From Nageia nagi (taxonomy: Eukaryota; Plantae; Pinophyta), in assembly GCA_050084985.1 (NCBI GenBank), contig JBITNC010000002.1:39556001-39620000 (forward strand): 64,000 nucleotides of DNA, read 5' to 3'. The stretch's first letter is position 1, and every line of letters starts with the position of its first letter. This document shows, piece after piece, positions 51,801 to 64,000 of the stretch. The notes beneath the pieces are model-generated. The model was not told the DNA's origin. It did not search any database and worked only from the letters and a program-made list of their open reading frames with translations. The translations under genes and the position numbers were made by a program.

Positions 51801-53599
51801 TTGAAAATATTATCTCTCAAGTGTGATAGTTACAACATAGTATTTATTCAATATATTTTGGGAGAAAGTAGGACCTATGAAGAATGCACTTAAATAGGTG
51901 AAAGAGGTGACTGCCTTCACTCCCCTTCAATGATAATAGGAAACTAGAGATGGTGAATTGATCATCAAAGGTGAGGCTGTGTCAGTTGATCGATGTGGAT
52001 TGTTGGTGAAACCACAACCTCCATGATTTTCCCAATTCATCCATATAATAATAATAATAATAATAATAGGGCCTACCCACTTATGCAGATATGTTTCCCT
52101 TAGAAAGTAATTTTCTTTTTAAGATTAACTTCAAGACCATGAGTAGCATGAAAGGTACTCAGGGTGTCAACCTAACATTGAATCCTAGTAGTTGAGAAAA
52201 TTGAAGACAATGAATTCATGCAGAAAATAAACCACACTTGGGCCTAAGGTTTTTGAGATCAACTATTCAAATTCATCAATATAGAGCCCAAATAGAGTAG
52301 GCAATATGGGGAAACCTTTTTGTACACTAATAGTATTATAGAAAATTTAGATAAGTAAGAACCAACTCGAACTTAGCCAACTACCTATTCATATAATGTC
52401 ATGATAAGGGATATGACATCTTTATGGATCCCTAGGTTCTAAAGTATTCAGAATAGGAGATATATATGGACATTATCAAAGGCTTGATATTCTTCAATGA
52501 TGGCATGTAGGGTGAGGTGGTGACCAAAAATATCATCTACTTTATATATAAAATATATCATCTTCCAAAAATGAGTTACAATATATTTTGAGTTAATGAA
52601 TGGTTTTCTTACAATCATAATATTTTAATATATTCTACTTTAAAAAATATCTATTCAAACCAAGATGTTAATCATAACCAAAGTTCAATAGTATTAATAT
52701 TTTTGCTTTTATGCAAGTTTTTAAAAGCAAAGCTTTAATGACTATCAAATTTGCCTTTCAAATGCTAATGCTAACAATTATGTTGTATGATGAATGTAAT
52801 GTTACCTTCTAAGTTTGACTTTCAAATAGTATCAAATGTTAACTATGAATCAATTTCACTCTAATGTTAGTTTAAGATGCATCACATTAATAAAAAATGG
52901 TTGAATGATGATAAAAACAAATTTTATAAATCTTTGAATTATATTTTCTACATAAATGAATAAGTTTTACATTTTTTATTTAAATGTAATACTTAATCAT
53001 TTAATTTACCCTCTAATTGATATTTGCTTGGATATATTTTGAATTACCAACTATTATATTATCCTTATTTATCTTTAATGGTTTTCCCTTTCCTTAGTAT
53101 TTTAAAAAATTGGATTCAAATAATTTATACTTTTTTTCAAATTTACAGTTAAATTTATTTGCATAAATGTATTTGGTTTCTATGGTATAATTAAATTCCT
53201 TCTATTTCTACTATAAATTTTTGACTTATAAATACCCTTTGAAGTAAGATTTGCAATTTATATGCTTTATGAGCAACTTATTGCTAAACAAAAAACTAAT
53301 CAGGGGTAGCCAAGGAAATTAATTGCAATATTAGAGTTAAATAATAATGTTCACTATCCCTAACTATATTTTGTATTTTCATAGACCAATTATAATATAT
53401 TCAAAATAAGTTGGATGCAAAGTCATCAACCTCTACAACCTCATCATTGTAATTTTACTTTGTGTAGATTATATTTTCTTATTAGCTAAAACATTATGAA
53501 TATCTTATAGAATTATGAAATACCCTTAAGACATTATACAATAAACTTGGTTTAACAATTAATATAAATAACAAAAACTATGATTATTAAATATAAAAA

Positions 53600-54960
53600 A
53601 ATATTTCATATTACAATCCTTTTTATTTTGAGCCCTTCTTACCAATCACATCTTTGCAAGGGTTATACTTCCCTCTCTACACTAGAATGCCAATATTTCC
53701 AATTCCACTTTAATTATATCCCTTCAAATGAGCACCTCTTCAAACCATCATTCAACCCATTGCCACATGTGGTTCTATGGTTTGGGCTCCTAACATACGA
53801 CCCATTGATTAGGACCATTTTAAGTGACTTCAAACTTTGATGTTTTGACATTTAATTCATTGCAAAAGGATAGTCCCCTAGTGCATTGTCCATACTAAGT
53901 TCGCAATCATACCACTTTAACTCGAATGCATCTTTTGTATCAGCCTATATATTCATATACTTAGAATCCATAGGGATCTCCATTTCTATACATGCAATGT
54001 ATCTATTTCTAACCCTTTTCTCATATGAAAACATCACCTACATAGGTTCATTTAAACATCAATGTTGTTGGTTCTTTTAGACCTCTTTGATCCTCCAATA
54101 TATTTATCTTTTCATCGATCATCTTTTGCCTTTATATACACCCTTATTAATCCCCCCAACCTCATCCTTTGAACATGAACACTTAAAGGTTGGTCTCAAT
54201 AGATATTTACTATAAATACACTCTAATAACATGGATATATCCCTTTGCATCCCTCAGCCCCAAGTTGGCCTTCTATGTTAAACATTTCCTCCAAATATTC
54301 AATGGAACCATTTATCGCCCCTACCTCTAGTATCATTGATCATGCAACTTAAGGACCCCTCTAGGGTAGTTAAGAGTATGTCTCCATCAACTCCATATCA
54401 ATTTTTATCATCACATCTTGTGGGAGAAAATGTATATCATACCTTCTCCATCAACAAAATGGAGTTTAAATATCACTTTGTATTTAGATACCTAATTTAC
54501 TATGAGATTTGAGGAAGATTTTATTATTTATTTAGAGACTAGAAATTATCTCTCCATATTTTTTAAGTAACCTGATTAACGATGCTTGGTCTTGTTTATT
54601 TGAGAAGTCACCTTGCTTAAGCATGGATCTACATAGGATACTCCCACTACTACCAAGTTGATCACTTATTTCTTTCAACTCATTGCTCCTATTGGTGGGT
54701 TCAAGCAACATCAAGATTCTTCTAGCTCTCACTCTGGCAATAACAATTCAATCCATCGATGACCTTCACCAAAATTCATTATCCATATCTCCAAATGACC
54801 TCCTTGTACTAGGAACCACACACTTGTTTTTTATCAACATCAAGGCTTTTAATTTTTATTATCGAGATAACGTAGATAATACCTTATTACCATGTTCTTC
54901 ACTAATACTACTAGCCATCCAACCTTTCATGTCAAGATTGATTCAATATTGTAATTGTAG
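53600..54960 (-). mobile_element. Possible degenerate RTE-type LINE fragment
   Basis: Minus-strand traces EKRVRNRYI and ELKWY resemble the RTE C-terminal DRIRNE.IR and RLRW motifs. Very decayed. Confidence 0.35.
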
Positions 54961-55116
54961 GGTTTGGGTTTGGTGATTGTCACACCTCCCCATCCCTAAT
55001 ATTTTTTCATTTATTTATTTATCCTAGTTAACTCTCTTCTGTAAGAACCTTTTCCCTAACTTCTTTCTATTTATTCAATTATAAATCTTAGTCCATTTGA
55101 CTTATTGTCCACCTAT

Positions 55117-55120
<4 letters not shown>

Positions 55121-55196
<76 letters not shown>

Positions 55197-55202
55197 TATA
55201 TA
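55121..55202. repeat. (AT)n microsatellite
   Basis: About 40 AT units with one interruption. Confidence 0.97.
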
Positions 55203-55204
55203 AA

Positions 55205-57425
55205 TCAATCTCTAGGTGTGATTAACTCTTATAAATACTTAGGTATTGATATTGACGACAAAGTAAACTTGAATCTAAGTGTTGAAATAAGAATCTTTAT
55301 TGGATGGAAGGCCTTATGTGGTTTGTAAAATAAATGTAAAAATATGGGACTTTAAAAATTGGATGCTTCTACTTTATAACTTAATTAATCCTATATCAAT
55401 GTGAAGTTTTAGGTGGAAGCATTTTCCAAGAAACATGGAATAAAATTGAGCAAATCTAAAAATAATTTCCTTATTTATAACTTCAAAATTAAAAATAACA
55501 AGAATTAAAAAGACTTTTAATGGTGTTTCAAGATCCTTTGGAAAATTTGTTGCAAGTGATGAAATCACAAAAGCCTAAATAAGAATGTTAGTAGTAAGAA
55601 TCTACATCATGGTTGAATTTGGAGTGAAGTTGCCAACTTCAATCATATTTGAATTAGAGACAGGAAAGTGGGTTTAGGAGTTATGCTATGAAAATAAAAT
55701 TTGCCTATGCTTATCATGTGGCCAAGTCGAACACAACCTGAGATTGTGCCCAATAAAGGCAACTGTAATAGATAAAGAATATAAAGAATGGATACCAAAA
55801 CAACATCAAGAGGTGAATGAACTATTAACAAAAATATACCCGTTAAAATGCGAAGAAGGTAATATTCTACAAGGTAAGGCTAAAAGTAGTAATAATAATT
55901 AAATAGATAATGAAGTATTAAAGCAATAAATGAAGAATTCTACTAAATTGGTAATTGTGGTCCAATAAAGTCACAAAGAAAATAATGATCACATGCATCA
56001 AATGGAAGGAAAAAATTCAAAAAACATAGAAGAAGAAGATCAGGTGAATGAACATTCAAATAGTCATAACCCAATCACACTATAAAGGAATTCATCGAAG
56101 AATGAGGCATGGCAACAATTTAAAGACAACAAGAATCCTTTGAACAAGAAAATACCCACCTTTGAATAAGTACCTTAATAGTCAAAATTGGATGAAGATA
56201 CAACTATGAAGAGACACCCACTTAGGTTTCCCTTCATAAGAAGTGCAAAGAAATTGGTTGATGCTAGACAAAACAAGGTTGGATGCCCAAGTTAAGGGAA
56301 GGTTTGGAATAGAGAAATAACCAAGGCTATAGCAAAAGGAAAATAATCAACTTTGGATGGTATGTTAGGATTCACTATTTAGTAACTATAGAAGGATGAA
56401 TGTATACTGCTACAAGTTATAGCAGAACATAGTGTTATGGTCTTCGTAGCAGTTTCACTCTCTAAAAAGACTAAAATATGTAATAGATCAATTCCCATAT
56501 TAAAGGATGTCATGGATCATTTAGTAAATGTACTCTAAAATAAATAGTGGTAGGTTGTTTCCTATGCTATTGTAAATCACTAAATATAGGTTTTGGGTTC
56601 CTGTATAGAAAAGCCCCTTAATTTACTAGTGGCCATTTTTTGGTTTAACAAAAAAATATAACACATAATACCCTATATTTCTCATGGAAGTTTGTTTACT
56701 CTTTGTTGAAAAAGAAACCCTAAGATGATATATATTATACAATTATATATTATCAACATTAGATCATCGTAGGCTCCCTATAATTACCAAAAAAACTTGT
56801 GTAACCCATCAACATCTTAAATGACGTTGGCTAAAATGCTTTGATAAGTGACTTAATTTTTGGGGCATAGACAATAATATAAACCCTTCATGTGATAGAA
56901 AATTAAAATTTTAAATAAAGTGATTGAGAAACTTTGAAGTGATGATAATACTAAAAATAGAAGAAAACTAATCTATTATAAAAGCATCATCAACCCAAAA
57001 CTTAGACATCCATCCTACCCATATAAGATTACTAGTGTCAAAAAGGAGCTTATAAGTGCAAAATTAAGAACACATTCACATGAATTGCATAATGAAACAA
57101 GTATATGGATAATACCCAAAATACCATAGGATAAAATAATTTGTAATTTTTGTAACTTAAATGATATAAAAGATGAGATTCATTTTCTCCTCATCTACCC
57201 ATTTGCCAAAGACATTAGATAAACTTGTAATGATATTTATAATTATAACTTGATCCATAAACTCTCAAACCAAGATAACTAAAACAAGCTTGGCAATTTT
57301 AATATAAATCTTAATTTTTTAGAAACAATCATTCAAATACTCAAGTGATATATATTTATCTCTAGATAATTTTGATAAGTCCTACAAATCATTAGATTTA
57401 AAGGGTATTAAAATACATCATCATA
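55205..57425 (+). mobile_element. 5'-truncated RTE-X-like LINE 3' part, interrupted at ~55510-56660
   Basis: YKYLGID (55230), GWKAL and ILYQCEVLG; C-terminal RTHSHELHNET..W..ICNFC..KDEIHFLLIYP zinc-finger-like motif at ~57065-57205; CATCATCAT tail at ~57416-57424. Confidence 0.7.
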
Positions 57426-57519
57426 AACCAAATTACTTTTCCAAACAAAATATAATATGAAATTCCTTGCATGCGTGAGTTCATGTTAGTAGAGTTCATA
57501 CGTGAAATTCCTTGCATGA

Positions 57520-57655
57520 AATATTTTTACATTTATTTTCAATTCATAAAAAGGCTTTCCATCGCTTAGAGATTCTTTTTTCAACTCTTAAATTCTAGTT
57601 TAGCTTATTATTTATGTTAATACCTAAGTATTTGTAAGATTGAACCATATTTAAG
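57520..57655 (-). mobile_element. Short inverted fragment of the same RTE-X-like LINE family
   Basis: The reverse complement CTTACAAATACTTAGGTATTAAC...GATGGAAAGCC...AAATAAATGTAAAAATAT matches 55228-55345. Confidence 0.75.
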
Positions 57656-58042
57656 TGTTGTTGTTAAGGAGGATAATGGGGTGATCCATTTCTTTAGATT
57701 TAATTATCATGCTTTTATTTTTATCTATATTAAATGTTAAAGAAAAAATATTACAAAATGTTTAAATTAACCCAACAAATGTTTCATAAATGTGTCGATT
57801 AATCATCTCAAAAATCTTCATTTCAGTGGCTTCTAACCAAGATGGGTTTCATAAATATACCAACTAACAATTTCAAACATCTTAAAAACCATAATGTCTT
57901 CTACCCAACACCTATCATAAATAAGTTGATTGACTATCACAAACATCCAATGACCCAAAACACTTACGTTGTGTGACAAAAATTACATAAAATTTAAAAT
58001 GTAAATTGGTGGGAGTTTTTAAGCCTATTTCTACCTTAATGG

Positions 58043-58594
58043 TGGTGTAGATTCCTGCAAGAGATCAAAACAAATCTCCAAAAATCAATTTACACAACAA
58101 GCAAATCGATGGAAGAATAAAATTTCACAAGAATTTTTTTATTCTTCTGTATCTACTACCCTTTTCAGGTCTGTTACAATAGATAATATAAAAAGAAGGA
58201 AACTCTCACTCAAAAAATAATAAACAGTTTGAAAACCAAGATATTACTAAAAATAGAAAGTTTTTAAAAATAGAAAGTTCCTTGGATTCTAGCCAAACTT
58301 GGCATACTAACCCAGTTAACATGGACTAAGGTGCTTCCCAATTTATTCTCCTAAACAAATTCTACAATAAAAGATATTGAAATCTACTTATTGGAAAATC
58401 TTGAAAACTGACATTAATAACTAATTTTGGGACACTAAATGATGGATTTAGGCCGATCAGACAATTTTCTGTTTGGGGGCATCCCCCGGTTGGAGGTGGC
58501 AACCGAATGATGAAAACTCATATCTAGCTCTCCTCAAAATTTCAAGACGATCCGACAGTCAAATTAAAAGTTATGATTGTTTGAAGGTGCATCA
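58043..58594. mobile_element. Solo LTR, 552 bp
   Basis: Termini TGGTGTA...TGCATCA (TG..CA, imperfect inverted ends), flanked by a perfect 5-bp TSD AATGG (58038-58042, 58595-58599). No internal coding sequence. Confidence 0.85.
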
Positions 58595-60088
58595 AATGGT
58601 AGAACACACAAAGAGGAAACATACCAATGCCTCGTATACCAATCCCTAAATACAATTTTAAACAAAGTAACCTTCCAAGGAAACAAAAAAAATGACATGA
58701 ACATGAAATGCTTCACATATAAATTTCTTTACAAATGGGTTTTTTCTAAATTAATGTTGACTTTGAAAAAATCATTAAATTGATTTCAAAAGGAATAATC
58801 AAGAATTTTGTTTTATATTTGAGCAATAGGCAATTAAATCATCACTAAAAAAGTGTACAAACTTAAGCAAACCAACTTTATAATCAATAGTGCCATAGCA
58901 ATTATATTCTTTGAAGCTTCCTTTCTGCAATACTAACTTGATCAATTGATGCAACAAATTCATAACCATCTTAAATATGTTTGTATAATGAAAAGCAATT
59001 GACCACCACTCTTATTACAACCAAATCCTCCAAGCTCTTATTACTTTCATGCTTAGACATATCAGACTAGACCGTCTTTGCTCCTCGCCAACACGAAGTC
59101 CTTCATCCTACATGCCTCGTCGACCAACATAACTCAATCTCAACATCACTCCAAACAAACAAAACTTTTGCCAAAACTTCGGCTAAGATCTCCAATGTAG
59201 AACAATAATTTTTCATTCTCCATGAAATGGCGATGACTAACACTATTATTATATGCCATAGATTGTTGCAGTGCCAGTAGTTGACTGCCACCAGCATCAA
59301 CCCAACTAGAAGCATTGAATTGGAGAGGAGAAACTTTGGCCACACAAAGTCATAATAGTTAACTACAATATCCATGTTTTTGCCCTTGGTGCAAAGGATT
59401 TTTCTGTTAGTCTCTTTTGATAGGAAATAATAAAGCTTTGGATTTTCGTTCTTGCCCTTCCTTCGCAAAGTGCACATGAACCAAGTGCAATCAGATTCCA
59501 TCATAGTCAACACATTCATGTCTTTTAACAACAAAAAATTGGACAAACCCCTGCAAATACCTAAACTACAAAGAAAACTATTGATTTTTTATACTTTATA
59601 CAGAACATTTGAAATTCACATTGTATTATTATAACATATAGGTAAATAGATGACGAGTATAGATAGGAGATTGTTAACCTCTGAATTTACAAATTGGTAT
59701 AGAGATTAAGTGAATAGTTCATTTCAATTCATTATTTTGTCATTTCTGAGTATGTTCATAGACTGAAGATTACATAGTCGTAAGCTAGCTTGTTAGTTTT
59801 GCATTATTCACTTATTTGTGTGTAAGCATCGACTTACTATCAGAATGTTTGTTGCTTTGTCATTTATGTAAGTGCAATGAATTTTTAACATTTCAAATTA
59901 CAATCCTCCATTGTTGAATGATTTCTGATGAGATTCAGTAGCAAAAGAAACACATACAAAGCCGATGACCAATATTTTCAAATGGATTAAGCCAGAAACT
60001 AAATAAAAACAAACCAACAGTAAAGCGCCTAAGAGAACGCCAGAGTTTTTGGCGCACAAAAGAGTAATTGCAACGAAAACTCTCTTTG

Positions 60089-60776
60089 TTATTTCAATTT
60101 CGTTGGTCCTGAATGCAAAGCTAACATTCCATTGATAAACTGTTTTCTGGCATGCCTGTATTTTTCAAGAAGAAATTCAAAACCTTTGAATGTTTCCTGA
60201 AAATTTACTTCATTAGAAAACCTTAATTTAACTTGTGAGAAAACCCTTTCACAGTCCAATACATTCAGTTGGTCTGGTTGAAATATCTTTCTCAAGTGTT
60301 CAGAAGGATCAGTCCATCCATGTGGATTGTTTGAGTTAGTATCTTCCGGAGATAGGTGCCGAAGCCACTTCATCCACGGAAATATATCACAACAATCCAA
60401 ATTGCTCGCATTAACCTCTACAAGTTTATATGCATCTGCAAATTTGCATTGGCTTCTTACCATGCCTATTAAATTAGAGAAATATTCCTCTGAAGACAAC
60501 TCCTGATGATGTCCTGGTGAACCAGTATTACAGCTCATATCTAATCCAATTTCTACCTCCTCATCTTTGTTGCTTCTGTCATAGTGCCAGCCAGGTGCTG
60601 CAACCGTACATGCCTTTCGTAAAAGACTGCAGGAATCTCCCAAGGTTCTGATTGCAATGTGTAGCATTTGCACAGCAAGGAAGAATTTTTTCTCAGAATT
60701 ATAGATGCGTTTAATATCCTCCAATTTCTGGTATTTTTCCCAGCAGTGCAGAGCAATGTGAATGATACCTTCCCAC
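60089..60776 (-). CDS. Terminal coding exon (~229 codons) of an unidentified protein-coding gene; upstream exons lie outside the window or were not recognised
   Basis: A 690-nt stop-free frame with normal GC content and protein-like composition (WEGIIHIALHCWEKYQKLEDIKRIYNSEKKF...HSGPTKLK*). It is preceded by a pyrimidine-rich acceptor TTCTTTATCATTGATTGTGTAG. The paralogous copy at 1-207 has decayed while this one has not. Confidence 0.75.
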
Positions 60777-61493
60777 CTACACAATCAATGATAAAGAACT
60801 AAAATATCAGCAAACTAAGAGCAGCATCCAGCAGTTTACTTTTCACTCAATATCTACATTTGACAGAATATAATACACGGTTCTCATCCTGAAACAATTT
60901 CTTTGTTTAATTGGAAGTTAGAGGCACAGAAGAAACTCGCAAACTTCAGGAAGCTTTACATTTATTAAACGTAATAACCAAATAAAAAGACAAAACACTA
61001 GAGAAAGTTCTTTTGAAAGTTGAATTTATAAATTAAAATATGAGACTACAACGCATTATGCATGTACATTCCGAATCTTTATTTACATGGAGACTTAGGT
61101 TTAGTACATAATCATAAGAAGTGTGATTTCAATTGTTGGAAATTGATTTGAGTTGACTTGCAAAATTTGACTCCATCAATAATTTCTGGTTAGATCTGAT
61201 GAAACATGATTGTCCTGATGAAATAAATGTGGCTGCATTTCAGGTGAAGCATGGATCCACTGACGAAACTTTTCATTTTGTGCATGTGCAATTCCGGAAT
61301 GTCTAAACCCTAGGTGTATGAGCTAAAACACCTAGAGTGTTCTAATGAAACACTGGTGCGTTTTATCAGTTGTCTTTTTTTGTCTTAGGCATTACAATTT
61401 TGCTTGGTTTTGTAACTGTATGTCTTAGACTTTTCATTTCATATTCTAGATCAATTCTTCTTCATCCGGATTGTACAGTGTAGTTTTCATTCT

Positions 61494-64000
61494 TGTTGGG
61501 ATGGTTATGTTGGGTCCACAACACACCCCAAGATGCAGCATGTTGGGAACCCATTTTCAAAAATCTGGCGATCCAGGATGGAAATGGCTCATGAGTTGAG
61601 ATGGTCCAGATGGCTTAAGAGATGATTCTAAGGCATTCTCAAGAAATGTTATCATGGATGATATGAGGCAGTTATTCAACGAAGGCTCACAAGAGAATTC
61701 AAGATGTTCAGGCACCAGACCAAAGCTTGTCCAAAAGGATCAAGTCACCAATTAGATGCCTCCAGTGATGAATAGATAGTGCAACTTCATGGTAATTGAC
61801 AAGTTTGATGACACAGGGTGATGGGGAGTCCAGATTGAGACACATTTAGGCTTGGAACTTTTCAGTTCCGGCCAAGGATGCTCCCTAGAGGACAAAATGA
61901 ATGAATAGAGGCCTCCAAGGAGTGTGGAATTGATCTTACACATAGAAAAATGAGATTTTTCCAAACAAATTGGAACAAAAATGTAAGCATACCCTCTTGA
62001 AGCCCTTACAAAATGACTAGGGTTTAATCTTGGAAAATTCGAAAAATAAGCAAAATTATGACTAGGCAAGTTAGGCGCACATTTTCAAGGTTTTCTACAT
62101 TTTCTCAAGCTTGGAAAAACTTGGAAAACCAGCGCCTGCAAAAAGGGAGGCCTAAATTTGCTCAAAATTGAAAATTTCAAGCATGGGATTGTGCACAATT
62201 GGATTCTACATCAAATTGGTCTTTCAAGCATTCCAATTGGGCAAGTATTTCACCTCCCAATCAAGAAAATACCTCCCTACAGAGAAAAAATAGAAAAGAG
62301 GAATTAAGGACAGCCAATGAAAATCCACCAAAATTTCTCAAAATTTAGATTTGCAATTTGAAGACATTAGTGTGAGGAGAAGACAAATCTAAGCACATGG
62401 ACCTTGAAAAAATTGAAAAAAAAGGTAAAATTGTGCTCATGGGAGGTAGGCGCATGTTTTCTAAGTTTACTAACTTTTATCAAGCAATAGAAAAACTTGA
62501 AAACCTGCACCTAGGATTTGGAGGATCTAATTTGACTCAAATTCAAAATTTTCAAGCATAAGAGCATGAATTATTCAATTCCATACAAGATTGGTCTTTG
62601 GAATTTTGGGAAAGGATGAATTTTGCTCCTTCAAAATCATGAAAACTTGGAGAGCCAATAGGAATGCTCCAAAAACTTTCTCAAATTTCCAAATTTGCAA
62701 ATCCAAAATCCAAGACATGGGTGTTGAGAGAATCACAAAGTTGAGCGATTTGGCTCTTGGAATCATTGAAAGAACATCAAAAATGCCCCACTAAATGGTA
62801 GGCGCAGGTTTATTGTGTTTTCTAGACATTGCCAAGCATTCCAATACTTTGAAAACCTGCGCCTAGCATTTTAGGGGCCCAAAATTTATCAAAAGTGAAA
62901 TTTTTTCAGTCTTATGGGGTAGATGGTGCAATTCTACACCATTTTGGTCTTGAAATGTGCAATTTGGATGAGACCAACTCCCTCAAATCATGGAGTTGTC
63001 CTCCAAAATGAGGAAAAATAGAAAACTCCAAATGAGCAAACCCTTTCTTTTTTTCCCAAAATTGAGTTTTTTTAGATGCAAAATCTAAAACATGGGTATT
63101 GAGGGGCAAAATGCACCAAATCTCTTCCTCCCATGGCTAGACACTGATTTTCCATTTTTTCTATGCCTTGGCCAAGTTCTCAATGTTGGAAATGAAGAAT
63201 AAACCCTAAAGGAGCAAAAGGGGAGCAAGGAGGATCAATATGGTGGTGACATGTGGCATAATTTGCCCTAAAAGTCTATAGATACACCATCATCCCCCCA
63301 TTCTCCTCACACAATTCATTTTCATCCACCAAAAGCAAATTTTTGAAGAATTTGAGAGCCAAAACAAGGAAGGAAAGGCAACATCCAGCTTTGAAGGATT
63401 AAAGCTCAAAACCATACCCAAACACCCTAGCACCACCAAACCTCAAGATCCAAAGGTATTTCATCACCTTTACTTATGTTCGTCAAGAATTTTTGAAGAT
63501 TTATCCTCCAAAACCTCATTTTTGGAGATCCCAAACACTTGAAAATTTAGTTTTTTTAGAATTCAAAATTGCATAGAGATTTGGACACCCTTTTCCCTTG
63601 GGATCATCTTTAGTTTCCACCAAAATTATGAAAAAAACAGAAAAAAAATATTCAAGATCCAAGATTTAAGGCCCAAAATACAAAAAAAATCAAAAAAATT
63701 ATAAAAAATCCAGGAAAAATTCAAAAACTCTCTAAAATTAGTTTTTCAAGTCACAATTGACCGTTTCAAATGTTGAAACACCTTCCCCACTCATTTCCCA
63801 TCTACCCAAGGTGTTAAAAACCCATTCCAGCATCATTTAGTGACATTGCCAAATATACCCTCTCTTTTCTTTGCATTTTTATGACAGGTCAGTCTTTTTT
63901 CCACCAGCCTTCATTTTTCCTCTAAAATTATGAAAAATCCTCCGAAAATCCCAAATTTTACGAAATTTGTTTCCAAGGCACGATTCCCTCTGAGTTGATT
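61494..64000 (+). mobile_element. Probable large Ty3/Gypsy LTR (partial, runs off the window) inserted in the intron of the minus-strand gene
   Basis: Abrupt composition change starting TGTTGGG; three ~350-375-bp internal repeats; TATA-like CTATAGATA at ~63276 followed by a CT-rich R-like segment; no real ORF. The second LTR and PBS are not visible. Confidence 0.6.

Noticed and set aside
59103-59546. 147-aa minus-strand ORF
   Set aside because: Non-ATG start and no recognisable homology. It is more simply read as 3' UTR sequence of the upstream gene, though it cannot be fully excluded.
61195-61272. CTGATGA...GAAA motifs suggestive of a hammerhead ribozyme
   Set aside because: Stems I-III could not be built around the core motifs.

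Overview
AT-rich eukaryotic (land-plant) nuclear DNA. The LINE and LTR families and the strong C>T/G>A erosion suggest a large, heavily methylated gymnosperm-type genome (inference). There is one intact 10-exon gene on the + strand (35209-37665): a lysosomal Pro-X carboxypeptidase / peptidase S28 of 522 aa. On the - strand is the last coding exon of an unidentified gene (60089-60776), whose 3' end is also present as a decayed copy at 1-207. The rest is nested transposon debris: a CACTA element with TIRs and a 3-bp TSD (2928-7386), a near full-length decayed L1 (~9300-14665), a full-length Ty1/Copia element with 472-bp LTRs (20673-29935), a Copia 3' fragment, an Ogre/Retand-type Ty3/Gypsy pol split by an insertion, RTE/RTE-X and RNase-H-bearing LINE fragments, a solo LTR with a perfect TSD (58043-58594) and a probable large LTR running off the right edge. 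The most unusual object is the Copia element. Its 3.5-kb leader is bracketed by a splice donor just after the PBS and an acceptor 3 nt before the gag ATG, and it contains a densely base-paired ~330-nt segment. It also has a relic PPT at the end of pol, followed by an array of seven hairpin repeats with compensatory base changes. All coordinates, alignments and pairings were read by eye; no searches or folding programs were run.
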